Positions 60,724 through 64,000 of a stretch of 64,000 bases of DNA are shown piece by piece. The stretch is from NCBI GenBank assembly GCA_032718475.1, contig JAUCBJ010006632.1:1-64000 (forward strand), given 5' to 3'. The position numbers and the translations under genes were made by a program. Source of the DNA: Nemertoderma westbladi (taxonomy: Eukaryota > Animalia > Xenacoelomorpha). The notes beneath the pieces were generated by a model. It ran no database searches, was not told the DNA's origin, and was given only the letters and a program-made list of their open reading frames with translations. Numbering within the stretch: position 1 is the stretch's first letter; each line of letters begins with the position of its first letter.

Positions 60724-63700
60724 TGTTAGCTTAACCAATTCCGCTAACACAAACCCATAGAGTGAACCGTTAAGCAATATTGGGAGCACGAGGTTGATTA
60801 CCAATATCAACCTCCACCAAGGTGGGAAGGAGAGACACACACACAATAGGGGTCAGGGGTTACTCCCCTGAAAGGAGAGAGAACAACAGGGGCAAGGGGA
60901 AACACACCAGGGAAGGTGAAAGGGCGACAAGTAGGATATTAGCCAATCAGGGGGGGAGCATCGGCTGAGTAGCGTAACTTGGCCAACTGTGCAATATATT
61001 ATCATTTACTCAGTGTATCATCCAGTCAGTGTATCATTTGGTGTTAGTTAGGTTAGTTTAGCTAGGGAAGTACCGGGACTTTAATCACCATTTCCCGCCT
61101 TCCGTTTACTATATTACCAATTCTATATTATAATCATTTATCTATACTATTATACCCAAAGATTATATACGACGAACAACACAAACTCTTTTCACCTTTC
61201 ACACACGGCGGGGACGCGTAGATTAACAAACCGGATAAACCGGGATCCTTCGTGGATCCTGTCACAGTGATTAAATCGGAGCTGCTACCCTAGTTAACTA
61301 AACTCGAGCAGCTACTACAGTGATTAAAACCCAAGCAGCCGCCCCTAGTTGAACAGTGACTACCAGCCACCAATCTAAAGTACACAGAAGAGCCAAAGAA
61401 AGATGAGCAACGTAACGCCAACGCGGACCCCGGACGAAGAGCTAACGATCCGCGAGGCCGCGACCAGGCGGTATAGGCCCACGACGCTGGACCCATCCAT
61501 AATGGGTCATCCGGCAGTTCAGGATGAGGGGAACCACCTGGAGCCAGAGAGCGAGATGGAAGGAGAAAGAGACGAGTCGACACATGTCGGTCGACGTACC
61601 GATGTTGCCGGCCAGCCACAGGCCGAGGGCGACGGACGGCCCACCGGAACGGCGACGGTAGGGCCGCCGGTACGACGTCGGACCCGGAGAGATGGAGGAG
61701 AGGTCGGCGACGAAGACTTCGGGGTTTCTGATCGACTTTGACGGGCCTACAACGTGACCCGGAAACTACTAAAGGAGGCCAAAGAGAGGGCGAGGATAGA
61801 CGAGGTAAAGTTGACAAAAGGACTAGGTGAGTCGGATAGACATTTTAATTATCTAATGCGCTTTGGGCAGGGAGAACTGGCCAAGGAGAGAGCGAGAGGG
61901 GTTGCCAAAGAACTGTGTGATTTATGGCGGTGTAGGGGTATGCAACCTAGTGTAGTGTACATAGGGACATACTTAGTCGATGCCCAGGGTATAAAATTAG
62001 TGGGTTGGAGGAGACCTGAGAGAGGCCGAATCCGAGGTTAACCCCGAGGATTCGGTCTCGTCGGTCGGAGGGAATTCCAGTTCCGGGAGGCGGGGGGAGT
62101 TAGTAGGACAGGAAGGCGGAGGGAATCCGTCACAACCGATAAGTCTGCTACATCCTCCGTAAAAGGAAGACGGGGGATGGAAATTAACGCGGAGTACCAT
62201 CTCGATTTGATAGCGCAAGGCCAAAGAGAGGTAGAGAGACAGTTAGAGGAGGGGAAAGCGCTATTAGAGAAAGAGATGGGACTGGTTAGAGAGACCGGAG
62301 AGAGGGCCGAGAGAACTGCGAAAAGCTTTAGGGAGTGTGAGGAAATGGGATGGAAGGAACAAGAAGAGCATGAGGCGAGAGAGGAGAATGAGCGTAGGGA
62401 GCATGAGGCGAGAGAGGAGAGTGAGCGTAGGAAGCGTGAGGCGAGAGAGGAGAGTGAGCGCAAAGATCGCAAGGCGGAATGTAAAGAGCGCGAGGCGAGA
62501 CGAACGGAGAGAGTTGAGAGAGAGAGAAGGAACAGGCCGAACAGAGCGCGCGGGAGAGTCAGGAAATGATAGCAGAGGGGAGGCGTATGCGGGATGGTTT
62601 ACATGCCCGCCTAGGGGGGTTAATTCAGTACCAAACCAGACAGAAGCGCATACTGGAATTGGCGCGATTGGGGTTGTCAGAGAGTGAGGCTGAGTCGAGT
62701 GCTTTCGAGGAGCCAAGGGCCGAGGAAACATTTATTAATACTCCACTTACAGGGACCGCACGACAAACCCGAGACTGGTGTAACTGTACGGGCGGGGGGG
62801 GGGGGGGGGGGGGGGGGGTAATAATAATACTACAGTAGATGACGTTAATATTAATAGTACCGTATTGGATAACTCTAACCAAACTTTTATTGCAGGAAAT
62901 ATTTTACCTAGTAGTAGTAATTTAAATTTAAATCCGAATAATTCTAATATTAATGTAGTTACGCAAAATAATCTAAATAATAATCTGAATTCGAATTTAC
63001 AAAATAAACCAAGTAACGCAATTGCGCAAAATAATCCGAATAACTTTATTTTGAACGAACAAAATAATTCCGTTTCTAATTTGGGTGCACAAAATAATTT
63101 AACTGGGGTGGAAGACTTAATTGATTTAACCAATAACGGTTCCTGTGGTTCCTCAGGAAGCCAGTCTGATGGACCGCGTGATTAGTGAGCCAGAGGTGGC
63201 GGGGTTGAGCCAACCCAGGGTAGGCCTGGTAGGCCACGTAGTTAGTAGGCAGGAGGTGGCAAGGTTAAGCCAACCCGGGGTAGGCCTGGTGGGCCACGTA
63301 GTTAGTAGGCAGGAGGTGACAGGGTTGAGTCAACCCGAGGTGGGCCTGGTAGGCCACGTAATTAGTAGGCAGGAGGTGGCGGGGTTGAGCCAACCCGGAG
63401 TAGGCCCGGTAGGCCAGGTAGTAGTAGAGAGAGAAGCTGGGGTGAATAGACCTAGCCGCAGTAGAAAGATTGTGTCGACTGGAGAGGGGTGTAGAAGTGA
63501 AGTAACAGGTAGCGGCGTGATATGTGGCGAGCGGGGGGGGGGGGGGGGCTACAGGAGCCCCACAACGAGAAGTTAGTGATGAGAGGGGGGGCAGAGAGTG
63601 TCCCACAGGCGTCGGCGGATAATGCGCGGGCCGAATCAGGTAAACCACAACACCCGGCGACGGAGAGTAATAGGGGGATTGCGAGTATCCCCAGCGGCGT

Positions 63701-64000
63701 GCGATCGAGCAGAGAGAGGCAGGATGACGTCGCGAGAAGGCGGACGGAGCGTCGAGCCCGATCAGAAGAGGGAAGAAGAACAGTGGAGTTTAACCGGGAG
63801 GTCGACGAGAGATCTCACGAGCGGGAATACTGCACTGTAAAGAGAAGAAGAGAAGACAGTAGGAGAATTATCGCCGCGAACGATAGGAGAGCGAGGACGG
63901 ATAGCGAGCCGTCGGTAGTCAAGATGGAAAGAGAGTGTAGGTGGGGTCGAACTTCGGGAGATTGCCGTTGCCTCGGAGAAACGCGACCCGACGAGGCGCA
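60724..64000 (+). mobile_element. Possible 5' end of another decayed LTR retroelement
   Basis: TGT-starting ~480-bp LTR-like segment with CCAAT and TATA-like motifs ending ..TTCACA, then broken purine-rich ORFs with charged coiled-coil repeats (EHEAREESERR). No diagnostic domain within the window. Confidence 0.4.
63181..63420. repeat. Four 60-bp tandem units
   Basis: RTTAGTAGGCAGGAGGTGGC..GAGCCAACCC.GGGTAGGCCTGGT.GGCCACGTA x4 (VSRQEVAGLSQPGVGLVGHV). Confidence 0.93.

Noticed and set aside
61095-61215. Self-priming pair for the right-hand LTR-like element (CCCGCC / GGCGGG)
   Set aside because: Only ~6-8 bp and the LTR boundary is uncertain, so not distinguishable from chance.

Overview
Eukaryotic (probably invertebrate animal) DNA made almost entirely of nested, mostly decayed transposable elements. 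It holds three long Bel/Pao LTR retrotransposons: A (4807..~38340, +, no 3' LTR), B (13402..30011, -, inserted into A's RT, AACAT TSD) and C (39552..59788, +, ATACG TSD). There are also two truncated Gypsy elements, a Copia RNase H fragment, LINE/SINE fragments, a MITE, a TEX36/HDNR-like coding segment and a possible further LTR element at the right end. Two observations stand out. (1) Elements A and C carry, in the env position after integrase, a ~1200-codon extra ORF with a WRN/EXD-type DEDDy 3'-5' exonuclease domain and three zinc knuckles; B retains only its 5' part. (2) None of the three Bel/Pao elements has a tRNA-type (TGG) primer-binding site. In each, the 10-11 nt directly after the 5' LTR are the exact reverse complement of a segment inside its own LTR, with a different sequence per element, suggesting Tf1-like tRNA-independent self-priming. 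All family assignments come from motif recognition by eye, not database searches.
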